Shown here in pieces: positions 1 through 14,411 of a DNA stretch of 64,000 bases. The notes below the pieces were generated by a model. The model saw only the letters and a program-made list of their open reading frames with translations. It made no database searches and was not told the DNA's origin. Position numbers and translations under genes: made by a program. Every line of letters begins with the position of its first letter. Within the stretch, counting starts at the first letter, position 1. Origin of the DNA: Octopus sinensis (taxonomy: Eukaryota); assembly GCF_006345805.1 (NCBI RefSeq), contig NC_043005.1:1860001-1924000 (forward strand), in the 5' to 3' direction.

Positions 1-1107
1 TTGCCTCTCTCTACCCCCCACTTTTCGCAGTTTCCAATGAGCACTTTCGCTACCTGATCGTCAGGACTTGTAGTATTTTTGGGTAAGTCTAGGGCATTCG
101 TTCATGATATGGGCAATGCTTTCATCCACTCCATTGCAGATGTGGAACAGCAGAGGCATTTGCTCATTCCTCAATTTGACCCTCCTGTTCGTGACCAAAA
201 CTTGGTCGTGCGCTGCCAGTATAGTGCTCTCGGTCTCTTTTTTTGAGTGTTCCTTTCATCGGTCAGTCCCACCAATTTATTCCAGCAAATTGTGGCTATA
301 TGGAATTGACTGTGTAGTCCCTGCTTCCGTAACTCTTCTTCATTCCTTTTTGTCCTTTGTTTCCCCTCTTCTCTCTGATCTCAACGCTTTCTCGTTCCTA
401 TCACTAACAAGGTTTTCTTATTTTGGGTTAGATATCTCATTAAGCTCTCGCGTTCGATACGCACGCAGTCTTCCGCACGTATCAGTCCTCTTCCTCCATT
501 TGCTCTCTTCATGTAATGGCGATCAGTGTCTGCACGTGGTTGATGGGTTCCATGCATCGTTAGGAGCTTTCTCGACTTCCTGTCCATCTCCTTTAGCTCC
601 TCCTCTGTCCACTTCAGGATTCTAGTGCCATACCAAACTATTGCGACTGCGCGCGTTTCTTGCCGAAATTATGTTTCTGGCATTCAGCTTTGAAGCCAAT
701 CTTTTTTTCACTCGTCGCAGGTATGCTCTTTTGGTCTTTTCCTTTGTGTAGTATTTGATTCCACCTGCCTCAAGTATTCCCAGGTATTTATATCTGGACT
801 GAGGTTGAATTGCCTTTATCATTTCACCACTTGGCAAATATATGCTTTCTGTCCTGGCAAGCTTTCCTCGACTCATCACCATCGTAGCACATTTCGAGAG
901 TTCAAACTCCATCTTAATATCATTGGAGAAAATCCGTACAGACAGGACAAGACCGTCCAGTTCTGCCTCAGTTTTTGTGAATAGCTTCAGGTTGTCCATG
1001 AACAGCAAGTGGTTCAGTTTTTCCTTACCTCTTCCCTCGGACGTCACACAGTATACAATATCGTGATGTTGTTGATTGAAGATATTGTGTGTAATGGGGG
1101 CTTGCAC
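1..1107 (-). mobile_element. 5'-truncated, decayed R4/Dong-like non-LTR retrotransposon (RT C-terminal half, linker, start of CCHC/RHD region); runs off the window
   Basis: ORF 622..1107 gives HLLFMDNLKLF...SKCATM...YKYLGILE (RT domains 5-7). ORF 381..587 gives RKLLTMHG..QPRADTDR.YMKRANGGRGL. Further 3' are ETESTILAAHDQ and C..GVDESIAHIMNECP..HDQV. Confidence 0.85.
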
Positions 1108-1507
1108 TGTCTGTCAAGTCACAAGAGGGACCTCAGACTCACGGTACTTTACGCAATATGCGTGCAGTTCCAAGTAATGCCGATTATTGCAATACACCTA
1201 GATTGTAGGGTTCTTCTACAGTTTCGAGATGTCTCTTCAGGGTCGGTGGTATTGAACCCAATGCTCTGATGGCAACAGAGACAACCTTTATGTCCGACTC
1301 TTGTAGCTGCCACAATTTGGCGATCTCAGTTCTCAGGTCGCCATATTTATCAGTCTTTTCTCTTTCTTTCATGATAATATGTCGATCTCCTGGTACTGCC
1401 GCGCCGATTATTAGGAACTCTTGTTTGTCCCTTCTGAAGGTTACTATATCCGGCATTCAGTGCTCTAACACCCTGTCTGTCTGGAAATCAAAGTCCCAGA
1501 GGATTTT
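1108..1507 (-). mobile_element. 3' end of an R4/Dong-like LINE: restriction-like endonuclease (REL) domain and start of 3' UTR
   Basis: KILWDFDFQTDRVLEH*MPDIV...LIIGAAVPGD...EKTDKYGDL...GVLQ*SALLGTARILRKV is the typical PD-(D/E)xK REL C-terminus. Confidence 0.85.
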
Positions 1508-3449
<1,942 letters not shown>

Positions 3450-3668
3450 GGACAGACAGACGCAAGTCAAATGGGCTCCACGTAAGTTGGTAATTTTGTA
3501 CGTTCAAAAGTGTATATTGACAAATATTTTGTGTTTAAAAGTTGTGCAACAACATCCACTGCAAACCTTTGATAAATATCTACACAAAATTTTGCCCCTT
3601 GTGGGCAAAATTAAAAATTAAAATTCTCATAGCCTTCGTGGTTTCATTTAGCCATTTTATTTTCAAAA

Positions 3669-5694
3669 ATGGCCACTGGTCACCACGAGGCTGAGGTGCA
3701 AGTCAAGCGTGACGCAGAGACAAAAAAACAGGATGCCCTGTTAGCATACGCTGAACCTGACAACACCACCACCACCACCACCATCAGCATCAACAACAGC
3801 AACAACTATAAAACAAAGGTCGTAAGGCCAAGCACCGTCACCACCATCAACACCGACACCACCACCATAGCAGCTTCTTCTACGACAACTGCTTCCTCTA
3901 CCAACAACAACAAAACCAACATCCTCCTTGACAACGCTTACGACGTTGAGTTCCCCACACTGCCTTTACCACAATCTCATAAAGCAGGGGAAATGGGGGA
4001 AAACAACACGAATGCAAATGTGAGCATGAACGCTAACATCGCGACCTCCACTCAAAAACTGGTAAACAACCCGACTTCACAGTTTACTACTACGACGAAC
4101 GACTCTGCCACAAACATCACCACAACCACCACACCACCACCACCACCACCACCTCCACAAAAAACAATTTCGCGGAAGCCATACGACCGAAAAGAAGAAT
4201 CCTAAAATTTACTCACCAACAAATACAAGACACAAAGTCCTTGCTCACCAAAGAAGGCGACACAATACATTTAAATATTCCACGGAGCATCATAGAAGAA
4301 ACACAAAAGAAGACCATCATTTACAGAATACTCAACACCAAAACAAAAAGACCAGAAAGCCTACCTAAAGAAAAAATTGAAAAGTGCCTCTCTTCCGTGT
4401 GGAAATTCCGAAATTATGTGAATTGGGGAAGTAAATTTGCTACCGTGCAAGTTCGTTTCCATACGGAAGAACTAGCAAAAAGGTTTTCAACCCTTACTCT
4501 GCGCACAGACCAGGTAACAATGGTACCTAGCTACCTTGGGCGCAGAATTACGAAAGTCACAATAAATAATGTGCCGCCAATGGTGGATACCCAGTGGCTG
4601 GTATCGGCCATCTGCTTCGATATAGAAGAAGCAGATATTTTAGAAACAGCTGACATTCCAGAGGAAAGCTGGACTGGTAAAAAACTCGAAATATTGCTTC
4701 ATATCTCCCAAGAAGCAATAAACAATTTACCAGCCTGTGTTCAACTGGAAAAAGACCAAAAATTGTATGTAATGGTGGAGGGCATGAGACCAAGATGCTA
4801 TTTATGCAACAGTGAGGCACACCTTAGATACGAGTGCCCAACTGCTATCAGAAATAGGCAACAGCAACCACTCCCCAAACCTGGAAGGAAACCCCTGCTA
4901 CCCACACCTCCTTCAACCCAAAAGACAGGAAAAACAGCGGACGATACAAAAACTGTTTTCCCCTCACCAACCACATCACCAAGAAGAGAATTACCTCCGA
5001 CATCGCAACCAACAAAAGAAGCAACATCACCACCAACATCAAAAGACAGACCAACACCAGCACCAAGAACAACAACCCAAAAAACATATAACAATGATGA
5101 AAAGACAAATTTTGTCCCTAACACCCCAACAACATAAACACCACACAAAACAACAACACCTTCTACAAACACACATAGATCCAAACGCTTTGCCTTTACC
5201 CTCTTCTGATTTGGACTCGTCGTCCAACGACGAAAGTTCGACGGAATGGCAAATAGCCACAGGGGGTAAAAGGAAAAGACCCAAAAAAACGCAACCAAAA
5301 CAGGGAGATACCGGAACCCTGAAAGCTCCATACACAACCAAACAAGCACCAACACCACAAAAACACACACAATGCTATCAGCGATAGACACAAAAGACTC
5401 CAAAAAATGGAGTACATCATATGCTACACAAACATCTGTGAAGATGACTTCAAAACTAACAACCATCCACGCACTACACCACCCAAACACATCAAAATAC
5501 TACACATCACACAAACACAACACCACAAACTCAAAGCCCTCTTCCCAAATGCTGTAGGGGGTTTCCAAAAATATCTCTCCCAAAAACTTTATAAAAACCT
5601 CCTCCAAGACACATCAAAGAACGAGGAAGCCAAAACTTTCGACACAAGTAACTCTCTGTACTTTCCTTTTTGTATTTTAAAGCACACACCCTAA
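3669..5694 (+). pseudogene. LINE ORF1 (gag-like, RRM-like region + CCHC zinc knuckle), broken by stops and frameshifts
   Basis: Pieces are 3669..4205, 4241..5137, 4812..5387 and 5407..5694. The knuckle is CYLCNSEAHLRYEC (CX2CX4HX4C). It is homologous to ORF 23293..24447. Confidence 0.8.
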
Positions 5695-5701
5695 TAGAAT
5701 C

Positions 5702-8700
5702 ATGGTCAAGATTGGTTGTGTGAATGCGCGTGGCTTGGGGTCTCCTTGGAAACAAGGATACCTCCTAAATGACATCAAGTCAAACGATTTGGGAATCATA
5801 GCCATAAGTGAGACCAGACTCCACGAGCCACGGGCCCTAAAGTCCATGTTTGGCGGACAGTTTAACATTTATTTTGCTCCCTGTCTGCCGAGGATGGGCG
5901 GTAGTGGCACCGCGGTACTTTTTCACAAGAGCCTGGATCTCGAAGTCAAGACGATATTCGTAGACCCGGAGGGTAGACTGGTCGTTCTGGATGTCGACGG
6001 CAGCAATGGGTGCGCTTTTCGACTCGTATCAGTCTACGCACCGCCTTTAACAGGTCGGCCGGATTTCTTTCGACGTCTAGAAGTATTCCTGGGAACGTCT
6101 CGTCCTTTACTTTTAGTGGGGGATTGGAATGCTACCTTGGACACGCATCTAGACTATGTGGGGAGAGACAAATACAGAAGGGGATGCAAATGCCTCAGAG
6201 ACCTGCTCAGACGATTCCAACTGTCTGACAGGTACCGACTCGACCACCCAAATGCACCAACGTGGACATGGAGCAACCGCAGTGGGTCGTCGAGATCGTA
6301 TCTAGATAGGATACTGTGTAGGACAGTAGACAAGGATAACTTAGGATGTCCACAATTCCATACAGTCTGCTACACGGATCACAAATTCGTGACGTGTACG
6401 CTAGACTTAGATAAGGCACATAGACAGGGTCCTGGTTACTGGAAACTGAATGCATCATTCCGTACAGACAAGTTTTCAGAGACAGAATCAACACGTTAGT
6501 AAAAAGGGCTTTAACGGGAGCCATTGTCAACAACAAATGGTGGTTCGCCCTCAAGAGAGCAGTAAAAGCGGAAGCAATAAGATATAGCAAGGCACTAGCC
6601 GTAGATAGAAATAGAGTAGAGGGTGAGTTAGTTAAGAAGTTAGAAGAGGCAATAAGAAGCGGCATCACACCCGACGTTTTGGCAGCAAGGTTGGCCCTTG
6701 ACCAACACTTCAGCGCCAAACACGAAGGGTGTGCTGTCAGGGCTAGGATGCGGGCTCTAAGGATGGAAGGTGTTGGAGCCGCGAGGGAGGCCCGGGTGGC
6801 GGAGGCGCAGCAGGGCAACAAAGCCACCATTCGGTCTCTGGTAGATGAACAAGGGCGCGAATTGCTCGAGCCCAGCAAGATGTGCGAGACATTTCAGCGG
6901 CACTTTGCCCGACTGTACGAGACGAGTGGTGAGCGTGAACGCAGGGTGGACTTCAGTGCCTACCTGCACAGCCTATCATGACTCTCGGCAAGAGAGGCAG
7001 AGTGCTGCGAAGGTGCCATCACGGCGGCGGATGTGCAGGACGCGATGGCAGAATGCTCGACAGACAAATCGCCGGGTTTGGATGGTCTGCCCTACGAGTT
7101 TTACAATTGTATGCCAGACTTGTTTGGAGACGTCTTGGCAGCGGTATACTGCAACTGGCAGCAAAACGGGAGCATACCCGGTTTTGTGAGTCGAGGAGCT
7201 GTAATACTGCTGAAGAAAGATCCAAACAAGGGGAACATTATAGATAACTTTAGACCAATCACTCTGTTCAATGCAGACCTGAAATTTTTTACAAAGGTGT
7301 TAGCCAAGAGGTTGGCGCTTGTCATCGAGAAACTGGTCGACAACGCACAAACGTGCGCCGTACCGGGCCGGAGCATCAATGACAACCTCCATCTGATGCG
7401 CTACATCATAGACAGGGTAGTTAACGAACCTGGCATGGGTGGGGCCCTGATCAACTTGGATCAATCGAAAGCCTTCGATAGGGTAGACCATCGATACTTG
7501 GAGGCAGTCCTGAGAGCGGCTGGTTTCGGTCCCGTCTTCCGCGGCTGGATAGCTGCCTTGTACAGAGGCATCCGTTCGGTAATTCGCGTAAATGGACATC
7601 TATCGAGACCTTTCGACATTGCACGTTCGGTCCGTCAGGGATGCCCCCTCCCGGCGCTTCTATACGTATTGACTCTTGAGCCACTACTGCGGAAGCTGGC
7701 GTCTCTGAGGGGCATCCCGCGAGAATTGGGATGCGGGACGAGCGTGTTTGCATACGCGGACGACGTCACCGTCATAGTGTCAAGCCACGAGCACATCGAG
7801 CGGGTCGGCGAGACACTGAAAGACTACGAAGCGGTGACAGGAGCAAAATCAACCGGAAAAGTCAGTGGGCTTGCGGCTCGGCACCTGGAGAAGCAAGCCC
7901 ATGCCGTCCACCAGTACCTCCGTCGTGGGACGCTGGACAGACGGCCCGGTTGAGTTGCCCGGGGTCTGGTTCGGTCCGGACCTCCAAATGGAGAAGAACT
8001 GGAACGAGATAACGAGTAGGGTGGTCACTCTCGCCCAGCAATGGGCCGAGAGGAAACTGTCCCTAAAAGGTCGGGCGGAGGTGGCGAACGCGTACATCGT
8101 GTCCATCATCTACTACCGCCTGACCGTCGTACCTTGTCCCGACCCTACCATCACCAAACTAGAACTCATCCTCTTCCGCTTCTTGTGGAAAGGATGCGTC
8201 CCGATGGTCAGGCGATCCATTTGCTGTCAACACCCGTTAAAAGGAGGGCTAGGCATGCCGTGGTTGATGATGCGCAGACACGCGCTGAGACTGCGACATC
8301 TCCGGCTCTATGTAGACGACGGTGAACAGGTGTGGTCGCCGTTTGTGAGGCACGCATTCCCGCAACTCGTCTCCATGACCGAACTACAGTCGTGGATCAA
8401 AAAGAGGCCGAGGAAGGGCGGCGAATGGCACCGCGAGTGTCGCGTTGCTCTCAAGCAACTCTGCCGTCCCGGGTCGACCTTGAGTGACTTCAACACAACC
8501 AAAGCATTCTATAGGGGATTAGTGGAGGGGAGGTACGACGACGAGCTCGGGGCAAACCTGGGCGTCGACGAGGAATACCTGACCCGCCTGTTTCAAACGA
8601 CTTTCGGCCCGGGACCTATGGACAACTTCCAGAGATCCCTGGCCTGGCGGTGCTACCGAGAAGCGCTACCCGTTCGGGATAAGCTCTATAGGCATGGCTC

Positions 8701-9138
8701 GAGAAACACGGGGCCGACCTGCCCGAGATGCGGGCAGAGCGACGAAACCGCTCTGCACGCAATCGTGCAGTGTCCAGCATTTCCGACCTGTGGGCTTATG
8801 TCGAACGACTGCTGTCACGTGTGGGACGTGTCGGTTTATCAGCCGAGTCTATCGTTAATATCGTCACGCCTCCTTCCTTCAAACGGGAAGGAAGAGCTAT
8901 TTTCATCATCCTTGTGGCTATGGCGAAAGAATGTATCTGGTGGACGCGCCTGAAAGGATTAGAGACAAACACTTTCCTCTCTGGTCAATCTCTCATCAAC
9001 TTCTTCAAGTATCACTTGAAGAGGAAAGTGAGACTAGAGAGGCAAGTCTTGTCTTGTGAATGTTTTAAAAAAAGATGGGTGAATGTAGCAATGATGGCAC
9101 GTATGAATGACGAAGCCACCTTGACTATGATTCTATGA
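5702..9138 (+). pseudogene. LINE ORF2: apurinic-like endonuclease + reverse transcriptase + C-terminal CCHC zinc finger (frameshifted)
   Basis: APE motifs are GCVNARGL, ISETRL, VGDWN, SYLDRIL and TDHKFV (5702..6499). RT motifs are SPGLDGLP, FRPITL, LDQSKAFDRV, VRQGCPL and AYADD (7033..7953). The zinc finger is CPRCGQSDETALHAIVQC (7865..8953), and the C-terminus is 8728..9138. Confidence 0.95.
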
Positions 9139-9492
9139 ACCGTAAAAATTAATACAGAGAGTTGCTTATTTGCAAAAAAAAAAAAAAAAATATAACATGT
9201 GACTTCATTGACCGAGGTTACCGTGGTCTTTTCCATAGGCTTTTCTTTCCACGGGTAAACCTCACCTGTCCTCCCCTTTACACTTCATATTGACATTTCT
9301 GTGATAACGATCCCTATTGATCAATTTTTTTTCCTCTCCCCCTTTTTTTGTCCTCTTTCTCTTCTTTTACGATCCCTTTTGATCGAAACCCACCCCCCTT
9401 TTTTTTCTTTTTTTTTTAACCCCCAAAAGAAAAGCTCTACCTTGTAATTTGTTCTATCTGTGTGCAGCCCTGTGTGGCTAATAAAGAAACAC

Positions 9493-9564
<72 letters not shown>

Positions 9565-9600
9565 ATCTCCGTATCTATCTAACTCTCTCTCTCTCTCTCT
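9493..9600 (+). repeat. (TATC)n tail/target of Tx1 copy 2, decaying into (CT)n
   Basis: Direct reading. Confidence 0.95.
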
Positions 9601-10083
9601 CTGTCTATCTATCCTCCTTCATCTCTTCCCTCTCAGACTTTTCTTCGTCATGGTTAACATCACTATTATCATCCTAATAATATTATCATCCTAATAATAT
9701 TGCTATTGTTGCAAATATTTCTTTCTTACCTTCTTTCTTTCTTTCTTTCTTTCTTTCTTGTTGCTGTTGTTTTTCTTCATCCTCTTCTCCTCTTCCTCTT
9801 TCTCCTCCTCTTCATCCTCCTATTTCTTCTGCTTCTGCTGCTACTGCTCCGCCTCCTTCCCACCTCCTCCTTCCCTTTCTGCTCCTTCTCTTCCTATTCC
9901 TTCCCCTCTTGCTCCTTCCTCTCCCGCTCCTCCTCCTCCTCCTCCTCCTCCTCCTCCTCCTCCTCCATCATTTGTACCATAATTAAAACATCCGTTTGTT
10001 GTTTTTAAAACGAGATATTTACGTTGCGGTCGATCTTATTGGTTCAACCACTCGCTCACGTCGAACCAGACGAAATCTCAAGT

Positions 10084-10085
<2 letters not shown>

Positions 10086-10141
<56 letters not shown>

Positions 10142-10150
10142 GCACACACA

Positions 10151-10221
<71 letters not shown>

Positions 10222-10922
10222 CAAATAGAATAAATATATCGATATATATGTGTTTATATATATATATATATATATGAGTGTATGTGTGTGTGTGAATATG
10301 TATTTCTATGTATGTATTGTATATGCATATAGGTGAGTGTACGAAAGAGGGAGAGAGAGGGAGAGGGAGAGAGAGAGTGGGAGAAAGAGACACAGAAAGA
10401 GAAGCGCTGACATGGGTACAATGGTGCATACATATATAAAAGTCAACACACACACACTTATAGACACCACCGCCTTCACATACACATCTCCCCCCCCCCA
10501 GGCATATGTTTGTGTCTGCCGCCATAGTCTTGGATGGAACACATTTTGCGTTTTGCCTATTGAAAGGAATAAAGAAAGAATAAGCGAAACCAACAGATAG
10601 AAACAGGCTCAGAGAATATGTCTTAACACACACACACACACATACACACACACACATACACACACACACATACACATACACATACACGCACACACATACA
10701 CACACACACACACACATATACACTCACAGAGACACACAGAGACAAAGGCATACACAGAAGCACACACTCACACAGAGACACACAGAGACAAAGGCATACA
10801 CAGAAGCACACACTCACACAGAGACAAAGACACACACACATACACACACAGACAAAGACACACGCAGAAGCACACACAGATATACTCGCACGCTTGACAC
10901 TAGAAAGGAGAGCAACAGATGG

Positions 10923-10962
<40 letters not shown>

Positions 10963-10975
10963 ACACACACATATA
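10086..10975. repeat. (CA)n-rich compound microsatellite region, including a ~46-bp tandem duplication at ~10725-10820
   Basis: Direct reading; CACAGAGACACACAGAGACAAAGGCATACACAGAAGCACACACT occurs twice. Confidence 0.9.
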
Positions 10976-11666
10976 AAGCTATGTAAAAATAGTAATTCCA
11001 TTGCTATTGCTTTGTGTGTCTCTAGACAGAGCTTAGCTTCCATTCACACACCTACATTTTGCACCTCCATTTCGTCAAAGCTAAAATACATTCTCATTGG
11101 TTACCTGATATAGCAGCGTCTCTCTACCAGTGATAAGTTCTTTCTACATTATTCCCCATTGTGTAAATGGTGCGTGGGAGTCTACATGTAGAGAAATATG
11201 TGTGTCTATATGTCATCTGTCTGTCTGTCTGTATCTATGTTTGTACACATAAACAGACACGTATATACATATACATAATCTGATATCTGTCTGTCTGTCT
11301 GTCTATCTATATTTATTTATCTATTTATAATCGAATCTGTTAAACTAATTTTAATTTTTCGTTACTTCATTTATTCCAAAGTCAATAACATTATCATCAA
11401 CAACAATACCAATAACATCAGCAACCACAAAAATGTGCTAAAGAGGGACCGTTCACCCTTAAACCACACACACACACACACACACACACTTATAAACATA
11501 CATACACATACATAGTAGAGAGACATGAAGCCAGTCGGGATAGTCTTAGTTTATCTAAACATGCCTTTCACTGCTATAAATCAATGTCTATGTGAATCAA
11601 CAAGTAGAAAGTATGGACCTCAAATATATCACATAAAGAAAATTTAAAGAAATTATCTCGTGAGAC

Positions 11667-11703
11667 CTCTACACATTTCGGTGATAGTTCACCTCATCAG
11701 GCG
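11667..11703 (-). ncRNA. Minimal type I hammerhead ribozyme motif (partly decayed)
   Basis: Minus strand reads CGC CTGATGA GGTGA-ACTA-TCACC GAA ATGTGT A GAG, with a perfect 5-bp stem II. Confidence 0.6.
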
Positions 11704-11844
11704 CCGTTGAACCAAAGATGTTTATATATATATATATATAATATATATATATAATTTTATCCAAAATGGGAAACAAAAAAACAACAACAACAGGAACATT
11801 ACAGTATATTATTAATAGGCGCTCAGGAGATGGAAGCAGGGAGG

Positions 11845-11880
11845 TATGACGTTTCGAGCGGAGCTCTTCGTCGGAAACAT
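11845..11880 (-). ncRNA. Minimal type I hammerhead motif (CCGACGA variant)
   Basis: Minus strand reads CCGACGA A GAGC-TCC-GCTC GAA ACGT C, with palindromic stem III ACGT and a GUC triplet. Confidence 0.55.
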
Positions 11881-12049
11881 AAAGAAGGAAGAGAGAGGAA
11901 AGAAAGATCCCAGAGCGGGCAACAGGGAAAGAGAAAAAAGACGACTGGTGTTTACGAGTTTCACATGGTGAAAGGATGATGTTTACGAACACAGAGCAAA
12001 GTGGGTTTTAAAGGCAAAAGAGTGGAGACAAGGTGGTAACCCCCAAGAT

Positions 12050-13020
12050 GTGTGTGTATGTGTGAGTGTGTGCGTGTGCGTGTGTGTATGTGTGTGTGTG
12101 AGGCGAGATGAAAAAACAAAAAATATGTGTGTGTTAGTGTGTGCGTCTGTGTGTAGGCGTGTGGGGGTAGGGCGAGACGAGTGGTCAGCTAGCAGACGAG
12201 GTCAGTAGTAGAAAAAGAAGGAAGGAGGAAGGGAGGTCAGTAGTAAGAAAAACGAAGGAAGGAGGAAGGGAGGGAGGGGAAGGGGTGGGGGCGTATGTAG
12301 CGTGCCAGCGTGTGTTGAGTAGTAGTGTGGTGTGTGTGTCCAGTGTCGTGGTGGTATTAATGGCGAGTAGATTGAATGTGTGTAAGAGTGATGTATATAT
12401 ATAGGCAAGTGTGGTATATGTGCGCGTGTGTGTAACGAAAAAGGGGGGGGGTTAAGGAAAAAGGACTCCAGCTGAGGGGAAGATGGAAGAGTGGTTACCC
12501 GGAGAAGGCGTGGGAAAACCCAACGACACGCGACGGTCCCAGGAACAGGCGGGAGGTCTCGTCAGGTCCAAGGGCGAGGGTATGCGGCGCGTATGCAGCG
12601 CGAGCCGGCGCAAGTGCGTATGTGCGCGTGCCTGCGAGTATGCGCGTAAGTATGTATGTGTGTGGATGTGTAGTGTGTCTGTGTGTATGTCTGGGTGGCA
12701 GTGTGTCCGATGAATGTATGTGAGTATGTGTGTATGTATGTGTGTGCATAGATGTATGTCCGTGTGTGTGTGTGTGTGTGTATGTGTGTGAGTGTGTATG
12801 TATGTACGTGTGGGTGTGGGGAAGTGTGTGTATGTGCATGTGTGTGCGCGTACATACAGGTGTGTGAGTGAGTGTGTGGTGTGTATGTATGTGTGAGGTG
12901 TGTATGTGTGTGTCGGATGCATGTATGTGTATGGGTGTAGTATGCGTGTGTGTATGTATGTATGTGTACGTGGCGTGTGTGGTGTGTATGCTTGTGTATA
13001 TATATATATATATATATATA
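12050..13020. repeat. Low-complexity GT/GTAT-rich degenerate satellite
   Basis: Direct reading. Confidence 0.85.
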
Positions 13021-13520
13021 GGCACACTCTAAAGAATATCCCTGGTGGCTGAGTTATACATCTCTAGAGAAATGACAAAATACTAAACAGCCGTCTTGTC
13101 TATCACCAAGAAATACCGCCTTAGAAAGGTTATGAAATGACCAATCTGGGTCTTTTACTTAAATGTCTTTTTCTCTTTACCTTTCCCTCTCCACCCTAAC
13201 ACCTCTCTCTCTTTTCTCTTTACCTTTCCCTCCCCACCCTAACACCTCTCTCTCTTTTCTCGCTCTCGGCCACTCCCTTCAACTAATGCATTTGGCCTTA
13301 GCGTATTATTATAGTTATTATTCTCTTCTTTCTTCTCTACTCACATTCCACCCTTTTCGCTTTCCTATTTACTCCACCTCTCACTCACTCACTCCCCCCA
13401 CCTCCATCTCTCTAACTAACTAAAGTATAACAGGCGAACGAACAAGCAGATTGTCATATATATAGGAGGAATTACAACCGTATTTCGTGGTCTGCTACCT
13501 TTATAGGATCCAGTTAGCTC

Positions 13521-13572
13521 AAGACATCATCAGGAGGAACCACGTCCAGTTTCGACCCCTACTCCTCTACCG
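13521..13572 (-). ncRNA. Candidate non-circularly permuted hammerhead ribozyme
   Basis: Minus strand reads CGGT A GAGGAG ta GGGGTC GAA ACTG gacgtgg TTCCTC CTGATGA TGTCTT. Stem I is 6 bp, stem III is 4 bp and stem II is weak. Confidence 0.5.
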
Positions 13573-14411
13573 TTTTGACGTGCCCCCCTTTCGGAAGTGT
13601 CTTCAGCTCTAGTGTTTGGTGCATGTTTTCTTTCTTCTTCTTTCTTCTGTTCCCTGGCCTCTTCGATGTATCGTCAGTGAGTGTCAGCCGGTGATTGACT
13701 GTCTTGTCAAATTTTCTCTTTAAATACCTGCCGCTAGGCTCCAGCAGGCAGCCCCAGCAAGTTGTCACGTGACACTGTCTCACCTTAACTGACTAGTGAA
13801 GGCGCGTAGTCTTAGCCCACGCATTTTCTAAACGACCGTCACCTGTCAGTTAGCGAAGCTGATTCAGTGTCAGCTTGTCTCACCTAATGATTTTATTTCC
13901 CGCCGGCATGTTATGACTTTCAAGCCACTTTCGGTCTTCCCGCTTCAGCCATATATAGAAGCTGGCTTGACAATAAACCTCAATTATATCACAAAGAAAA
14001 TTTACAATATTTCCCAGTCACCTCGTGTGACATCTTGATGGTTTGTCACCTGCTGTTGACTTAAAGACAGTTACACGTTTCTATATAGCAATTGTCATTA
14101 TTTATATATAGCTGTTGTCTAGACCTATGTACACAAACTCGAAAGGCTTTGTAAGTTATGGAAAGAAAGCTACCATAGAAGACTCATAGTAATAATAATT
14201 ATAACTGAATAATAATATATCATAATAATATTTGAAGCGACACTTTGTTTTAAATACAAACAAAACCCCAGCCAGAATCGAACCCACAAATCAACGCTAC
14301 ACATGGCTTCTTGTGCATCCAATAGGGCCAAACGTTCACCCATTAATTTCAGCCAAATTTAGTTGATATATACTTAAACTGTCTAATACTACATATAATA
14401 TTTATAAACAA

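Larger units (their letters stand above)
3450..9492 (+). mobile_element. Full-length Tx1/L1-type LINE (copy 2): 5' UTR, ORF1, ORF2 (APE-RT-zinc finger), 3' UTR
   Basis: Two-ORF layout, AATAAA at ~9480, and (TATC)n arrays on both sides. The 5' boundary is inferred from the end of the microsatellite. Confidence 0.88.

Noticed and set aside
104-625. 173-aa plus-strand ORF
   Set aside because: It is antisense to the decayed R4-like LINE and has no recognisable domain.
4557-5490. Long antisense ORFs over ORF1 (for example 4798..5490, 230 aa) and 23333-24171 (+)
   Set aside because: They are shadows of strongly biased ORF1 strands that lack reverse stop codons, and they have no motifs.
9462-13027. 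Many 60-210-aa ORFs rich in HT/CV/YI/LS dipeptides (similar ones occur throughout the window)
   Set aside because: They are translations of (CA)n, (TA)n, (TATC)n and (TAT)n microsatellites and are not coding.
13575-13612. CTGAAGA-CACTTCC-GAAA-GGGGGG-CACGTC (minus), hammerhead-like
   Set aside because: The GAAA is the loop of the hairpin and no second GAAA precedes stem III, so the core is incomplete.
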